This document shows positions 1-13,965 of a DNA stretch of 64,000 nucleotides, piece after piece. A program made the translations under genes and the position numbers. Below the pieces are notes generated by a model. That model was not told where the DNA came from. It saw only the letters and a program-made list of their open reading frames with translations, and ran no database searches. The DNA comes from Antedon mediterranea (taxonomy: Eukaryota; Animalia; Echinodermata): assembly GCF_964355755.1 (NCBI RefSeq), contig NC_092674.1, positions 27,590,001 to 27,654,000 of the forward strand, in the 5' to 3' direction. The first letter of the stretch is position 1. Each line of letters opens with the position of its first letter.

Positions 1-604
1 TTATAAGCTAAAATTATGAGTTATCCTCCGTAATTATAGGCTTTTCATGTCGGCCATTTGGTTGATGTCATCCATGTATCTATTTGAGAGTGAAGTAGAG
101 TTCCATTGAAGAATCATAGGGAGAAGTCAGGGATGGCTTTTGCCTAGAGTAACTATCATTTAAGAATTTGTTTGTAAATTACTGCATCGCCCTGATACTG
201 AGTTATTGTTATTCGTACTCTGTCTATCCGATTGCTATTCGCACTATTTCACTCTCACACTCTATCATTCTTATTCTATGATCTCAGAGAAACCAATTTG
301 TTTTTCACTACCGGTCCTTGTGGAAATCTAGAAAAGTCTCATATTTCATTATAATATAGTATTTTATAGTATTGTCGTAATGATCTGTAAAATCCTTCTG
401 CATGTTTGTCTTAACTTGTGTACAACGTGGTGAGCTTGAATATGCAGAAATATAGGCCCATTATCAGTTTAGGAGGGAGGAGGAACCTTTGGGATTATAG
501 GAAGGTCAGGTCAAGTTGAAGTTGATCTACAATCGGCTGTCGACGATTTATAGAACATATTCTTTTTAACGAACGACAAACATTTGTCACAGTACGAACA
601 TACA

Positions 605-751
605 ATGTACAAAATGAAATGTACAAAAATAAAATGTACAACAATAAAATGTACAAAAATTATATGTTCAAAAATAAAATGTAAGAAAATTAAATGTACA
701 AAAACAAAATTTACAAAAATTAAATGTAAAAAAATTAAATGTACAAAAATA
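605..751. repeat. 15-bp minisatellite (ATGTACAAAAATAAA), about 10 copies
   Basis: Directly visible tandem unit; it explains the spurious KCTKI/FVHFI ORFs. Confidence 0.9.
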
Positions 752-1846
752 TCAAACGTATTATTTCCCACATTCTACTAACAAAATCATTTTGAAATTA
801 TTTCTTCCGTGATGAAGTTAAAAATAAGAATTATATTATTTTGGAAGTCTTCTTTTTATTGATAAGTTTAAAAAAATTGTTTTGTTTTCAGAGCAGGTGT
901 TACTGAAGTTGAGCAAAAAAAAAAAGAGAATCTGGCGATATAAGGGTTTGAATCATTCAAGATAAATGTCATTTTGAAATGCAATATTATAATCTCCATA
1001 TGTATATGCGGTCACACAGGAAATATACATATAATTGCTGTAATAACTGTTGTTTAATGAAAGTAATGAATTCCCATTAAAAATCGGACTGATAAGGACG
1101 TCCATTGTTTTTACTCTATAAAAAATGATTAAACAATTACTATAACTCTAATAGCACAAGTTCGTATTTCATATGCTTTTATTCAACCTTCATCACACTA
1201 GTTTCTTCTATGTACACAATTGCTTTTAAAAGTCAAATCAATATTAATAATTACTGTATGAATTACTGCTTACTTTTCACCTTGAAGATTTTAAAAATAC
1301 TTAACATTATGAGCCGCATTTTTGGAAGGTACGGCATATATTAATGTAAGTAATGGCTATATAGTGCAATATTGTTAATGATTTGAACGATCGACTAATA
1401 AATTACGGTAAAATGCAATTTCCATGACTAAAAATATCAGATAATGATGTTAATTTCGAAATTTATATTTGAAATAAATTCGTGATACTAAATATTTGAC
1501 GCGCGCGTTTAAACACTAATACCTGTTAGAATTGTGCGTACGTGCGTCAGCTTTATGTTACGATTGTTTATACGGTGCGCAAGATTCATTTTACGCTTTA
1601 GTATGCGTGCGCCAGATTTATGTTATGCGTGAGTATGCGTGCGTTAGCTTGTTACGCTTGATTGACTTCGAATAAGAAATTGCTTGTGAAAATCACTTAC
1701 GTTGCTTTACGTCATTGTTTTACGTCTCTAGTGAGTTATTATTATTTACTATAGGCCTATAGATGACATAATTTACCTAATATTGCATAATAATCGGTAT
1801 CAAGAACCCTGTGCCTAACGAAAGAACACTCTCCGGTGGTTCATTA

Positions 1847-2111
1847 AGCGTGGTTCCCATTAGCGACGCAACACAAGGACGTAACGCAACGCAAGTGAAT
1901 TGACCAATCACAAGCGATGGCTTATTCGCTTGTGATTGCTAACTGTCTATAACTTCGCTTGTCATTGGTTAACACGCTTGCGTTGCGTTTACGTCCTTGC
2001 GTTACGTTCTAGTGGGAACCAAGCTTAACTGTCTATAACTTCGCTTGTCATTGGTTAAAACGCCTGCGTTGCGTTTACGTCCTTGCGTTACGTTCTAGTG
2101 GGAACCAAGCT
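1847..2111. mobile_element. MITE family B (PIF/Harbinger-like) with tandemly duplicated right arm
   Basis: Long IRs AGC(G/T)TGGTTCCCA...TGGGAACCAAGCT; TTA on both flanks; 86-bp right arm repeated at 2026-2111. Confidence 0.85.
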
Positions 2112-2574
2112 TTAGAGTATACTTGATAAATGACAGTCGGTTCGTCATACATTTTAATGTAATGACAAAATGTTTTCTTTTTGTAAACACCAATGCATAA
2201 TAAATAATGAAAATGCATGTATTTTTAATATCATTACTCATATCACAAGTCGTGTTATATTGATATAAAGAAAGTGGCGCGAATATTAATATCGAATCAA
2301 TTTGTTACAGAAGCTATTTTTAAATTTTGATTACATTGTTTTTATTGGTTGTATTTGTATCGATCTGAGTTTTTAGGTATTATTACATGCAACGTTATTA
2401 GGTCTTGGAAAATAAAAAAACACCTTTTTTATTGTGTTATTATTTATGTGGTTTACTAATAAGTTAAAACATGTTTTATTAGTGACTTGAAAATGGTAAT
2501 ATAAATGCATAATAATAATAAAAAAAGCATAGTATAGTAAAAAAACAACGATGCAATTCCTCCTACCTATGTTA

Positions 2575-2714
2575 AGCTCTGTCTATACTATCAAAAAAGT
2601 GTCCCCAAATATGGTAGTGATATGCTTAAATTTGGTAGTGAAATGACATCATAATGTCCATATTTGGTCACATCACATTGTTTGTCACATAAGTTTGATA
2701 GTGTATACAGAGCT
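2575..2714. mobile_element. MITE family A (PIF/Harbinger Tourist-like)
   Basis: TIR AGCTCTGTCTACACTATCAAACT/AGTTTGATAGTGTAGACAGAGCT, internal AAATATGGTAGTGATAT repeats, TTA duplication. Confidence 0.87.
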
Positions 2715-4332
2715 TTATATATATTATGGTACCGTTATACCCACTAGCTTGGTTCCGAAACTAGATGCACGCAAGAACGCACAACAACGAATGAGACAGT
2801 TAGAAACCGTCGTTTGTGATTGGTCAAATGTCTTGCGTTAAAGCCACGTTCCTTCCTTATATGGAACCAAACTTAATTAGGGTACCAAAGATAGACATGT
2901 TTTTTTTTTAGTTAGGATCGTTAAAAATATTTAAAACTTAAAATTATTCAGCCATTTTTTAACGAAAGAACGGTGTTTTGCTTGCTGTATAATTTTACAT
3001 GTTTACTATCAATTGTGAAAACATTTTTTCAGGAACCATTGTTGTTCTTTCAGTAATTTGCATTTTAATGTATTATTCACTGTATTTACACGCATGCATC
3101 TCACAATACGACGAAGCGGTTACGATATCGATATAGTTTAGCATCATCACGAAACTTAATCAATATAAAACGTGGAATATTAATATACACGGTGTGGTTT
3201 TTTTTTCTAACAAACCCAGTCACGCAACAACCAAATGATATTTTTCATCTCGTAGAAAATGATCTTGTAATAAAAATAAACAGGTAGATTAAACTGTTAT
3301 TAGGAATCAGCACACGGTGTTAATTTTCGCCAAAAGGATCAAGTAATACTGAAATAGAAGTGTATATTATTCGTGTACACATGATAGCTAGCGTGTAGTG
3401 GCTGGCAGCGTCCCAATACGATAGCGAGCACCATTAATGCTTTTGATCTACTGCATATAGAATACTAAAAGACAAAGCTTTACGATTTTATGCTGATGGC
3501 TATCCGTTTGGCCAGGTGAATAATTATTCATTACCCTTCAAAATTGTAGTGATCTTGAAAAAACCTTTAATCTGCTTCGATATTTCTTAAAAATTAAAAA
3601 TGAAAAGGCCACCTGAACGGAAGTATATTACTGCCAATCTCGTCTAACTCTCTCTCTTTAGTTGTTTCTCTTTTTGTATTAAAAACTCGTATATACTGTT
3701 GATTTTTTTTGTTGAAAAAAACCAAATCAATGTCTCTTTGAGTATTCTTGATTGTATGCCACGTAAGCAACGCACATTGTTGAAAAAGACACGTATTTTG
3801 TAAAATATCAAGATTAAAACCAATTAGTGAATCGATTTGGCTAGCGTATAAAAACAACGGGTTAAGCAGAGCAGGTGATTTTGAAGGTTATTTTAATTGT
3901 TAATGAAACAGCAAATATCACCTAAAAGAGGCCCTCTATAAATCTAAATAAATGTTAAAGCGACAGACTATCGTAATGTCGTATTGATAGACTTGTTTTC
4001 AACTGTGTATTAATGTATTAATATAACACACCATTCACTTTTTATTACGCCTATTAGTATTATATAAATACAAGTATTTTTATATTATGTAGTATTATTA
4101 TATTAATATTTGCAGTATTTTTTAAAGATATTTTATTATTAGCTTCAGTAGTATTTACGATTTATTGTTTTGTGTATAGTATTCATCAATTACAGTATTA
4201 TTATGTAAATTATATTAAAAATTCATAGTTCATTTTTGTCCAAAAGGAAATTCATGTTGACATATAATTGCTCAAAATTAGTAATAGAAAAAGGCAAAAA
4301 TATTTGAAAAATACAACAGAGCTAAAATATTA

Positions 4333-4481
4333 AGCTCTGTCTACACTATCAAACTAGTTTGACAAAAAAAAGTGTGATGTGTCCAAATATGTTGGTGATG
4401 TGCCCAAATATGGTAGTGATATGACATCATCATGTCCATATATGGGCACATCACATACAGTTTGATAGTGCAGACAGAGCT
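4333..4481. mobile_element. MITE family A copy
   Basis: Same TIRs; TTA/TTA flanks. Confidence 0.88.
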
Positions 4482-6472
4482 TTACTCTGATAAACAATGA
4501 AATTAACTTAGTTGATTAAAAAGCCTGATTAAATGTGAAACAAAAGAATTAAGGAACTAAATCAAAGAAACTAAATCTCTAATGTGTCATAAAATGGTGA
4601 TGACTATTTAATGGTCTACTCAATACTTAACATTTTTGTAAAGATCAGGAACCTTGTCATCCTTGTTTAACTTTAACGATTAAAATGAATTTGTGATTTC
4701 TAAATTGTCATAGCGTGAACATCGCAGTAAGTTATAATATAAACGATTTATTTTGGACCCGAATGATGTTTAATGTTGATGTTTTCGATATACGTTTTCT
4801 ATATATTAAAACTCGAGTTAACACACTAAGCGGATTCGAACTCTGGTTTACAGGCGCCCTGCTATTATACCACAATGGTGTATCTATAATAAATTAGGCC
4901 ACCTAATTTTTACTAAAAAACCAGTTATGTATATTTTAAATAATTATCTTTGGTCTATTTCTGCCTGTCTTTGAGGCGCAAATACTAATTTTCTCATTTT
5001 AATTTCTCAAAATACTAAACATTTCCTAATATCAGGATAACGCAATTCTACTTTTCACAAACAGAGAAAAGAAACACATAAATCATGACCCGTTGAGGAC
5101 TTGCGACTTGGAATAACACTTTGAGAGATTACACTAATGAGTCTCATGTCGTTGACTGTAGAAAATACACAGATATCGTAAAAAAGACCGATACAAATCT
5201 CCGTATAGTAATTCCAGAATCGATCTTGTTTTCTCAGCTTGTGGCCTGTAAGACTTAAGCATTTCTGCAGTGCCATTATCGTTTAGCACGGTCATTAGGC
5301 GGACCGGTTATTTCGGCGGCAAGCGAGTGGATTGAAATCAGTGCTAGGCAAAATTAGACATACGCTTCATCCTACGTCAGGCAAGGATTACACCAAATAT
5401 CGGGATTAAAATACCAACAGGCTATGCGCCTTTGCTTATTTTAATAATACATACACTTTTCTATTTCTTATATTTGAAACGCACCTTAGTACGCTGCCTT
5501 AAAACATTCAGCTAACAAGTATAAATAGTCAGCCTACCGCATGCCATATGGCCGCCAGTTTGACAAAAAATGTGATTTGCCCAAATATGGTAGTGATATA
5601 CCCAAATATAGTAGTGATATGACATCATCATATCCATATATGGGCACGTCACATGTCTTTTTGTCACATAAAATCTGATAGTGTACACAGAGCTTTAACA
5701 CTACTACAGTACATTGATGCGGGCGTGTACAAGCTGATGAAAATTGTACTCATTTCGTACGCTCGCGTTCAAAATACGTTATTCATCGTGCCACCGATGT
5801 AATAAAATGAACTGAAAATGATGACGTCGGAGGTTATGAAATGTGTTATAAATAACACAACTGTATGTCAATTGTATATTTTAATTTGTTGAACACTTGA
5901 GTATCATGTTTTACCCATTTTATCGTCAAATTAGTATATAATTATCACTGTAATATCCTGTATCAATGATATGATATTGTAAGTGAAAAAGGGGCTTTTT
6001 CATATCATATATCATCATCATGTCATTAATTCTATGTATTACCGTACTGTATCTCATATTTGGCCCAGATTATCATTATGCCCTGTTCTTGCAGATGCAA
6101 AACATTATTCGACAAACTCATTTTTTTTTTCTTCACAAAACTATTTAAGACAGGACCACAATGCAAAAAAGGTTTTTCTTTGACCTGATTGTGTAATCCT
6201 GTATAATTAAATTTATTTTTCCTCACCGTATTATACAATATTGTTGTTAAAAATAAAATCACAGTAATGGTAGGCATAAACGTCTTATGTTTATTAAACA
6301 CTGCAGGTTTGTGTTATGTTACGCATTTGAAAGCTGAAAGAGAAAATACAAGTTTAGAAATATTTTGTATAGTCAATTCGTAAGAAAGTATTTTCGATTT
6401 TTTTTTTCAAACTGTGTTATTATTGACTAAAATAGCAGCTATGCTAAACCAGTCAAATGTATACAGCTTTTA

Positions 6473-6629
6473 AGCTCTGTCCACACTATCAAACTAGTTT
6501 GATAAAAAAGTGCCCAAATATGATACTAGTGATATGCCCAAATACGGCAGTGATATGACATCATCATGTCCATATATGGGCACATCACATATTTTATCTC
6601 ATAAAGTTTGATATAGTGCACACAGAGCT
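6473..6629. mobile_element. MITE family A copy
   Basis: Same TIRs. Partial copies also at about 5556-5694 and 12068-12228. Confidence 0.85.
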
Positions 6630-9600
6630 TAGACAAAATAGACTATACAATATTATGTTTATATCCTCAGTCAAAAATGACTATGGAATATTCACTGATT
6701 TAAAGGGTAATGACTGTTTTGATAATGTATTATATGCATACTGTACCAGTATGATAGTTTAATTATTGTACATATATATGCAAAATAGTTCAACATAACA
6801 CGTCCAAATGACGTCACATAGTGTATGATTATAATTATGGAGATATAAAATTATGTAAGTGTTTATTACATAATGTACAATGTATACTATAAAGGCTATA
6901 CCACAGTTTTAAATATGTTATTTGTCTATAAAAAGCAAGCCTTCCATAATATGTCATTAGTCCTGAAATGCATTTTCAGTAAACGCGCATAAATGGAACA
7001 ACAAAATAAATATTACATTCTTTCAAATGGGATGCATTGCGAGGTTTTATAGACATCTCATCCCCGGAGACTGCAAGCACTATCGCCATCTGCTGCCTCA
7101 GCTTTGAAAATACTAAAACGGAAACGAAATTTCATTACTGTTAAACTAACAGTGCAGTTTTAAAATTGTTTCTAAAAACAAATTTGAAGTGGCACTATAG
7201 CTTTTTGCCCAGCTTATAAACTTCAGCGTCTGGAATCAAATCCTCCGTTAACAGTGTTGTTAACATTCTAATATAGATATGGGACATTTGTAGATTGATG
7301 TTAAATATTATTCCCTTACCAATCCCGGGGTCGTGGATTCAATTCTAGATTTCATTATTTTTCACAGTTCAATAAATTACAAAGATCTTATGCTACTCAT
7401 GAGTGACACAGTAGCCGGGCGTTAAACATTATTAATGCTTATCACTATTATTGTTTAAGCCTGGTGTTAAACATGTTTAACACCAGACTAAATTTATTTC
7501 TAATTTGTGGATCCTTTATTCAAATCCTGCTTTCTGCCATTATGGTATCAGTGTTCCATAGATTGGTGATTAGTTTATCATTCCCAGAGTCGTGAGTTCG
7601 AATCTCCACAGTTTCGTCATGATTCTCCTCCATTATAACCAGTTGTGTATTTCTCAACGTTTAGATACAAGTTGTGTCTGAGACACAACTTGTATCTAAA
7701 CGTCTGTTCATAATGTTGACTTATTTTAAATTAAACATTGTTATTGGAAGTGTTTAATATGTTCTGTTAGCTTGTGTCTCTTGAATCAAAGTAACTTTGA
7801 CACGAACATGAGCATTTAATCATATTGCCAGCTCAGGTTGACATTATCGTAGTGTTTTCTATTAAATGAGTTGGTTAATTGGCCCACATGTCATTATGTA
7901 TACACACTTGTAAACAATTAGGCTTCTACTTACCAGTTTCTGGACATTTACATCCCGTTATTTTATACTTAAGTACCCCCATTATCTGTACAGTTTAATG
8001 CGAAAATTGGTAAAACAGTGTAACATATGTATCACATGTGCCGTAGTGTGCAACATTGTTGTTTAAAACTCTTTACTTGTTTATATTTATTTCACTTATT
8101 TATATTTTGTATGGTATTGTAGGCCTAATGTTATGTGAGCGATTGTGCCTGTCATGAATTTTCGCAAGGACCAAATAAATCTGAATCTGAATAACTCACC
8201 TTAAAAAATAATTACTTTAGCCTTTCAAGAAACATAATACTAACTATATAATATTTATGTTTATTAATTTTAGCTATAATGATGACACGGAAATTGATAT
8301 CACAAATAGGACACATGATAATTGATGAACTATCGCTTAAATTAATCGATAAGGCGTTCGAAATTAATCACAAAACCGCACACCAGTCATATTGATGATA
8401 ACACCATGTTTAGCTCCAAAGCGTTAACGTGTTAAAACGTATGGACTTAGTTTAGCTCGCTACACGCAATTAACGCATATAACTCGATCCTAAGAATGTA
8501 TCCATAACACTTCACTCAACAATCCTTTTTATCGTTTACGCATAATTCAATAAACAAAAACAAACTAATAATAAAATTATGAGTATGTTATTCACTTGAA
8601 GCTTGGTTCCCACTAGAACATAACGCAATCACTATATTAGTGTTTCATTTTGATACTGTCACCATGTTAAAAATTGGAATAAATGGCGGTTCCCGTAATT
8701 TGACCTTTTCTACACTGTATGTAATATGTATAGTATACAGATTATACTATGTATACTGTAAATAGTATATGACACAAAATATACAGCATTCAGTACTAAC
8801 AACATATCATATCATATTCGACAGTTCAGTTCATAATGCCATAATCTTTTTCTGTGTGCAATATTCCAACGTATGACATGCACGTGGCGTTTGTTGGGCG
8901 GATAACTAACTCGTCAAAGTGACGCAATAACGTAAGCGCATCGCAATGACGAGCGTCAGTTCGAATAATCAATCGCTTGTGATTAGTCAATTACGCCCTT
9001 GTGTTGCGTCTTAAGCATAACAAACCTTTTTAAAGTTTACTCATAATTTAATAAACAAAAACAGGAAGAATTCACAGTATGTTATTAAGTTATTTTAAAG
9101 GATGAGTAACTTCATTTAGATATTATCACCTTTTTTTGAAAAAAAAAACAACTTAATTTTGTTTGTGCAATGCTCGATTATTACCTTGGTAACAAACGAT
9201 ACGGATTATTGATTGTTACCAAGTCAAGTATATGAATGATTTTTTTTAACCAAAAGTGCGAATAACGTCGCAAAACACAAATGTGAGTGTAATGTTGCGG
9301 AGTGGGCACTTTTGGTGAAATTAGGTCTATTAAACGATATCAAACAACCAAATCGTGAATATTTCTAACAAAAAACCAAAGATATAATATAATATGCACA
9401 TTAATCTTGGTTCCAAAGTTAACGCAACGTCGCGTAGTAAGGCACAACGCAAGTGAGAGTTTACAAGCGACGGTTCGGATGACGTGATTACGTCATTGCA
9501 TTACGTCAAAAGTGGGAACCAACTAATATAATAAACGGTGATGTAGCCCTTTAATCAAAACCCTCACTCAAAATATAACAATTTCTTCAGCGCCTCTCAG

Positions 9601-9682
9601 CTGATAATATTGTCTGTCATCAGGTGTTATATATAATTGGTCCTTTGAACTTGACGTAACGATTATCTTAAATCTGAAAGCC

Positions 9683-9802
9683 TAGTTGACAGTGGGCCTA
9701 CAATATGTCGACAGTTGGCCTACATGTTGACAGGGCCTGCAATATATTGACAGAGTGGGCCTGCAATATGTTGGCAGTGGCCTGCTGCAAGATGTTGACA
9801 AA
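9683..9802. repeat. About 23-bp degenerate minisatellite
   Basis: GTTGACAG(A)GTGGGCCT(A/G)CAATAT about five times. Confidence 0.75.
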
Positions 9803-10271
9803 TGTGCATTTTATGTTGGTGGGGGATAACAGGCTTGCTAATATAATAATGTCTTCGCAAAACGCCAGCTGTGTTGTTTCACATAATTGAATTCAACATT
9901 AAAAATTGACAACATTTGGTAGAGCTTTTAAATAATATTCGCGTTTTCGGGCTTAAGGAGAAACGAATTATAGGAGGCACGCAATAATCTTGTATAATGT
10001 CCTATTAATCCCACGTGAAACGCATGAAAACATAATTTAAGGGTAATTAGAATAGATATTACGTATCGTCACTACAAAATCAGACAATGCCCTTTGTGTC
10101 ACAATGCAGTGTAAACACTTGATTTATACTGTACTTATATACTTGACATTTAAGAAGACCTAATTATGAGAAAGATAATTAAGTGAATCACGACAACTAA
10201 TTAGTTTCATGAGGAAGTGAAATCGAAGGGCTTTTCTTCGGCCTGTAAACATGATGCTCTAGTATCGTTTA

Positions 10272-10448
10272 AGCTTGGTTTCCACTAGAACTTAACGCAA
10301 GGACGTAAACGCAACGCAAGCGTTTTAACCAATGACAAGCGAAGTTATATAGTTAGCAATCACAAGCGAATAAGCCATCGCTTGTGATTGGTCAATTCAC
10401 TTGCGTTGCGTTACGTCCTTGTATTGCGTCGCTAGTGGGAACCACGCT
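10272..10448. mobile_element. MITE family B full copy
   Basis: Near reverse complement of the 1847 copy with TTA/TTA target duplication. Other copies or fragments at about 2746-2873, 8600-8629, 9404-9524, 12698-12830, 22039-22093, 30310-30397, 33392-33564, 34325-34445. Confidence 0.88.
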
Positions 10449-10486
10449 TTACAGAAGAGGTTTTCCTCTATCTTCCGTACCCGACT

Positions 10487-10676
10487 CAGCGGCGTAACGA
10501 ACGCAGATGCATCATGCTATAGACCACAAGTGGCTCTCCAACGCTGGAGGCCTCAGGTGTTTTTAGCATTTTTTGACATTTTTTAATGCCTGTTTTTCCC
10601 CTCCGGCCTTGCTCAGGGAGCCATGTAAGCTCCCCCTGGGTTTAGCTAGTAAGCGCTCATAGCCGTTACGCCACTG
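10487..10676. mobile_element. hAT-like non-autonomous element, 190 bp
   Basis: TIR CAGCGGCGTAACG/CGTTACGCCACTG; 8-bp flanks ACCCGACT/ACCCTACT (one mismatch). Confidence 0.85.
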
Positions 10677-13604
10677 ACCCTACTAAAGTACTCATGATCG
10701 GTTGTGTTACAGTTGAGTTAGCACGCAAACGAACATTGTAGGCATAACAGATAAAATATTGATATTTTTATAAAGCGTTTATATTGTGTTGATCAAAGAT
10801 GAACACGTAACATATTAAAGTCCATTCAACAAAGACATTATACAAGTTACAACATAGATTGAATATCTCAAAACATACACCAAACTATTGTAATAATCAC
10901 AATAGAAAATAGCGTATATTGTCTATGATAAACACTACAATAATATCCGGTTTAGTAATGATAAAGGAAAATCACGAATATTAATATTAATCAATTTTAT
11001 ATATGCAGGAAATTGAAATCTAAAAAATTAAATTGATACCTTAACTAAATTGAGAGGAAGCAATTGCGTTTACGGTTTAAAAAATAAAGAGTTGTGAGTA
11101 TTGTAATACACATTACAGGTTTTTAACTGACTGTCGATAGTCAGTTAGACTCTATCTAATGACAGCTGCAGAGTCGGATGTGTGGAATACTGAAAATGAT
11201 GCTAAAGTTGCACATGCAGTATATGTTGTTTAGTCGCTTCATTAAATGGGAGAATATTATATTGTGATGTTCGTTTTCTTTTCATTGTAATTTTCAGGAT
11301 ACTGAATATTCTGTTTTCTTCCTGCGTGGAATAGGCAACGTCTTACACGCGCGCGCGTGCAAACTATTAAACGCGATGACGTTTTTAATGTTCATAGATG
11401 TATCATCAATGCACCCTTTGTAAATATCGATACTAATTGAACATATCATGATTGCATAGTAAAAAACACTTTTGCTTTTAATTATTAATTCACTTTGCAT
11501 TTCCCATCCCCTTCCAATTTGTTGGCTCCTCGATTGGAATCCGTAGTGTTTAATGTCCTGGTTGTTTTCTGTTGATCTGCCCCGTGCCCCTCTTGTCACT
11601 GACCCTTCGTTTTGTGTCCTAGGCAGACCTTTTTCCCCTCTGATTCATTGTTATTTGTATATGTCATTTATTCCATTATTGTTTCAACCTTTAAACGGAA
11701 GTAAACAAATGTTATTTTGAATTTGAATGTGGAGAACTCGTCCAGCTAAAAAAATTACAAACATGAATGATGATCATAAGATGTTTAAGCAAATATACCA
11801 TACATTATAGATGACCTTTGTGTATTGGTGCATTAACAAAATTATGTTGTCTCTCACCAAAAGGTCATTGGAAATAAAATAGTCTCAATAGCACTAACAA
11901 AAATAGAAATGTTTATAGAAGTTACCGTAATTGATTGGTCCTTATTCAGTAAGTTTGATATACGCTTAAGCATATCGATATTAAGCTAGGAAAACAATAA
12001 AGTGTTGAGTAGATAAGTATGATCAACTCGAGTATAATTAATTTACAAATCTTTGATCCCTTGTCCCGATGTGACAAACAAATTTGATGTTCATATATTT
12101 GGACATGATGATGTCATATCACTACCATATTTGGGAATATCACTACCGTAGTTGGGAATATCACTACCATATTTGGGCGCATCACACTTTTGTTGTCGTC
12201 AAACTAGTTTGATAGTGTAGACAGAGCTTAAATACGTTTCAAAGGAATGAAAAATCTGGCAATAATGTTTTCTACTGAATATTTCATGCTGGTTGTGTGT
12301 ATAAATTCAATATCAATTATGTATAAAGAATATTTAGTCGATAAAAACGCGAATCATACTCCATGAAACAATCTAAACATTCTTCATGTGCACAGTATAA
12401 GCTAGGCCTACACGAAATGTATTTGTTGAATATATGCCATGTTGCGTAGTTTATAAATTAAACTTGTTGATTTAGGAAGGCATGGACCACTGAGACCATA
12501 ATTGAACAACACACATGTATATTGGCAATTTGAGATCAAAGTCGGTCCCAGTCTTTCTTGTTTTGTAAATGCACTAAGCTCATACATAAGACGTCGTGTA
12601 TATCGTGAAAAATACGCGTCTCTGTAGTGATCACAAAGTAAATATTATATGCATGGTTTCCACTTCGACGCAATGCAACTACGTAGACGCAGCGTAAAGC
12701 TTGGTTCCCACTAGGACATAGCGCAACGTAAGCAATTTAACCATCACAAATGGATCATCCGAACTGTTACTTGTTATTGGTCAGCTCGCTTTTAATGCGT
12801 TTACGTCCTTGCGTTCTAGTGGGGAACCAACGTAAGTTGACCGATCACAGGCGTCAGGTCAAATGATCAATCGCGTCGTTGCTTGTGATGTGCTTACGTC
12901 ATCATGGGAACACAACCGTAGAGATATTGTTCCGACGCTAAGGTTTGCCGAAAATATAACCGTTATTAATGAGACTATGTTATCAAATTATGTAACATTC
13001 CTCACGCTTATCCGTGGCATCACCCTAGCTGACACCACGCGGCGTTGCGTAGGATCATAGACCACATTATAGCCTTGCCTTGTTATATGTGACAGCATAG
13101 GACCCAGGTGTGTTTGCTTATACTAATCAAGCCTTGCTGTCGTGCAATTTACCTTATGTAATTCAATTACTGGTTCCTTGATATATAACAACATACTCTA
13201 TGTACCGAGCACTCATAATCATTTAAAACGATTAAGTGACTTTGTCGCAGGTTGGCATACTAATTACATTATAATTGGAATTTTTAATAATAGTTGATTG
13301 AAATGAACGGTAAAAAACGGTCTAAACAAGTCCCAGTGGGTTACTGTATAATGTTGACTAGTTTAGGCCTAGTACTAATAGTACTATGTATTAAGATGAT
13401 TTGAAAATGTATGATATTGTTTTCAGTTAATATGTAATGTAAATGTATAAATGATATCTTGCAGAGTTTTTTTAAGATGTAAGGGGAAACTTTATGTCTA
13501 TGAATGAAAATAGTATATATTTAAAAAGATTATATACAAACATAATACAATTGTTTATTTATGTTTTGAAATGAAATAAAGGTGAGTGAACCTCACAAAA
13601 GAGA

Positions 13605-13965
13605 GAAAAAAAAAGATGATTTGAAAATTGGGATTGTGTGAGTACAAAGTACAAAGTCTTCCCCTTTAATTCACCCTATTCTCGGACTGTATCTAGATTT
13701 ATCCAGTATCATAGGAATATTCGATGATACAGCATTACATGTGCTTCAAATGTATCGCCTAGCATCATAATAACATAAAAGGTTGACATAGGCCTAGAGT
13801 ACTAAGAGTATTAGTAGTACTTAGATGATTTGAACATTGGTCATTGGACACACAAGGCTTCCCCTTCAATTCACCCGATTCTCGGTATTGTATCTGGATT
13901 TCTCCAGTATCATAGGAATATTCGATGATACAGCATGTGCTTCACATGTATCGCTTAATATCATC
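13605..13965. repeat. Tandem pair of a dispersed repeat (related copies at about 40190-40300 and, reversed, 52200-52310)
   Basis: TTCACCC(T/G)ATTCTCGG...CCAGTATCATAGGAATATTCGATGATACAGCAT occurs twice. Confidence 0.75.

Noticed and set aside
511-781. KCTKI-repeat and FVHFI-repeat ORFs
   Set aside because: Products of a 15-bp minisatellite.
5055-5420. GC-richer stretch with short ORFs
   Set aside because: Stops interrupt the frames checked, and I found no recognisable motif or consistent splice structure.
7080-7100. CTCF-like motif TCGCCATCTGCTGC
   Set aside because: A single imperfect match that cannot be distinguished from chance.
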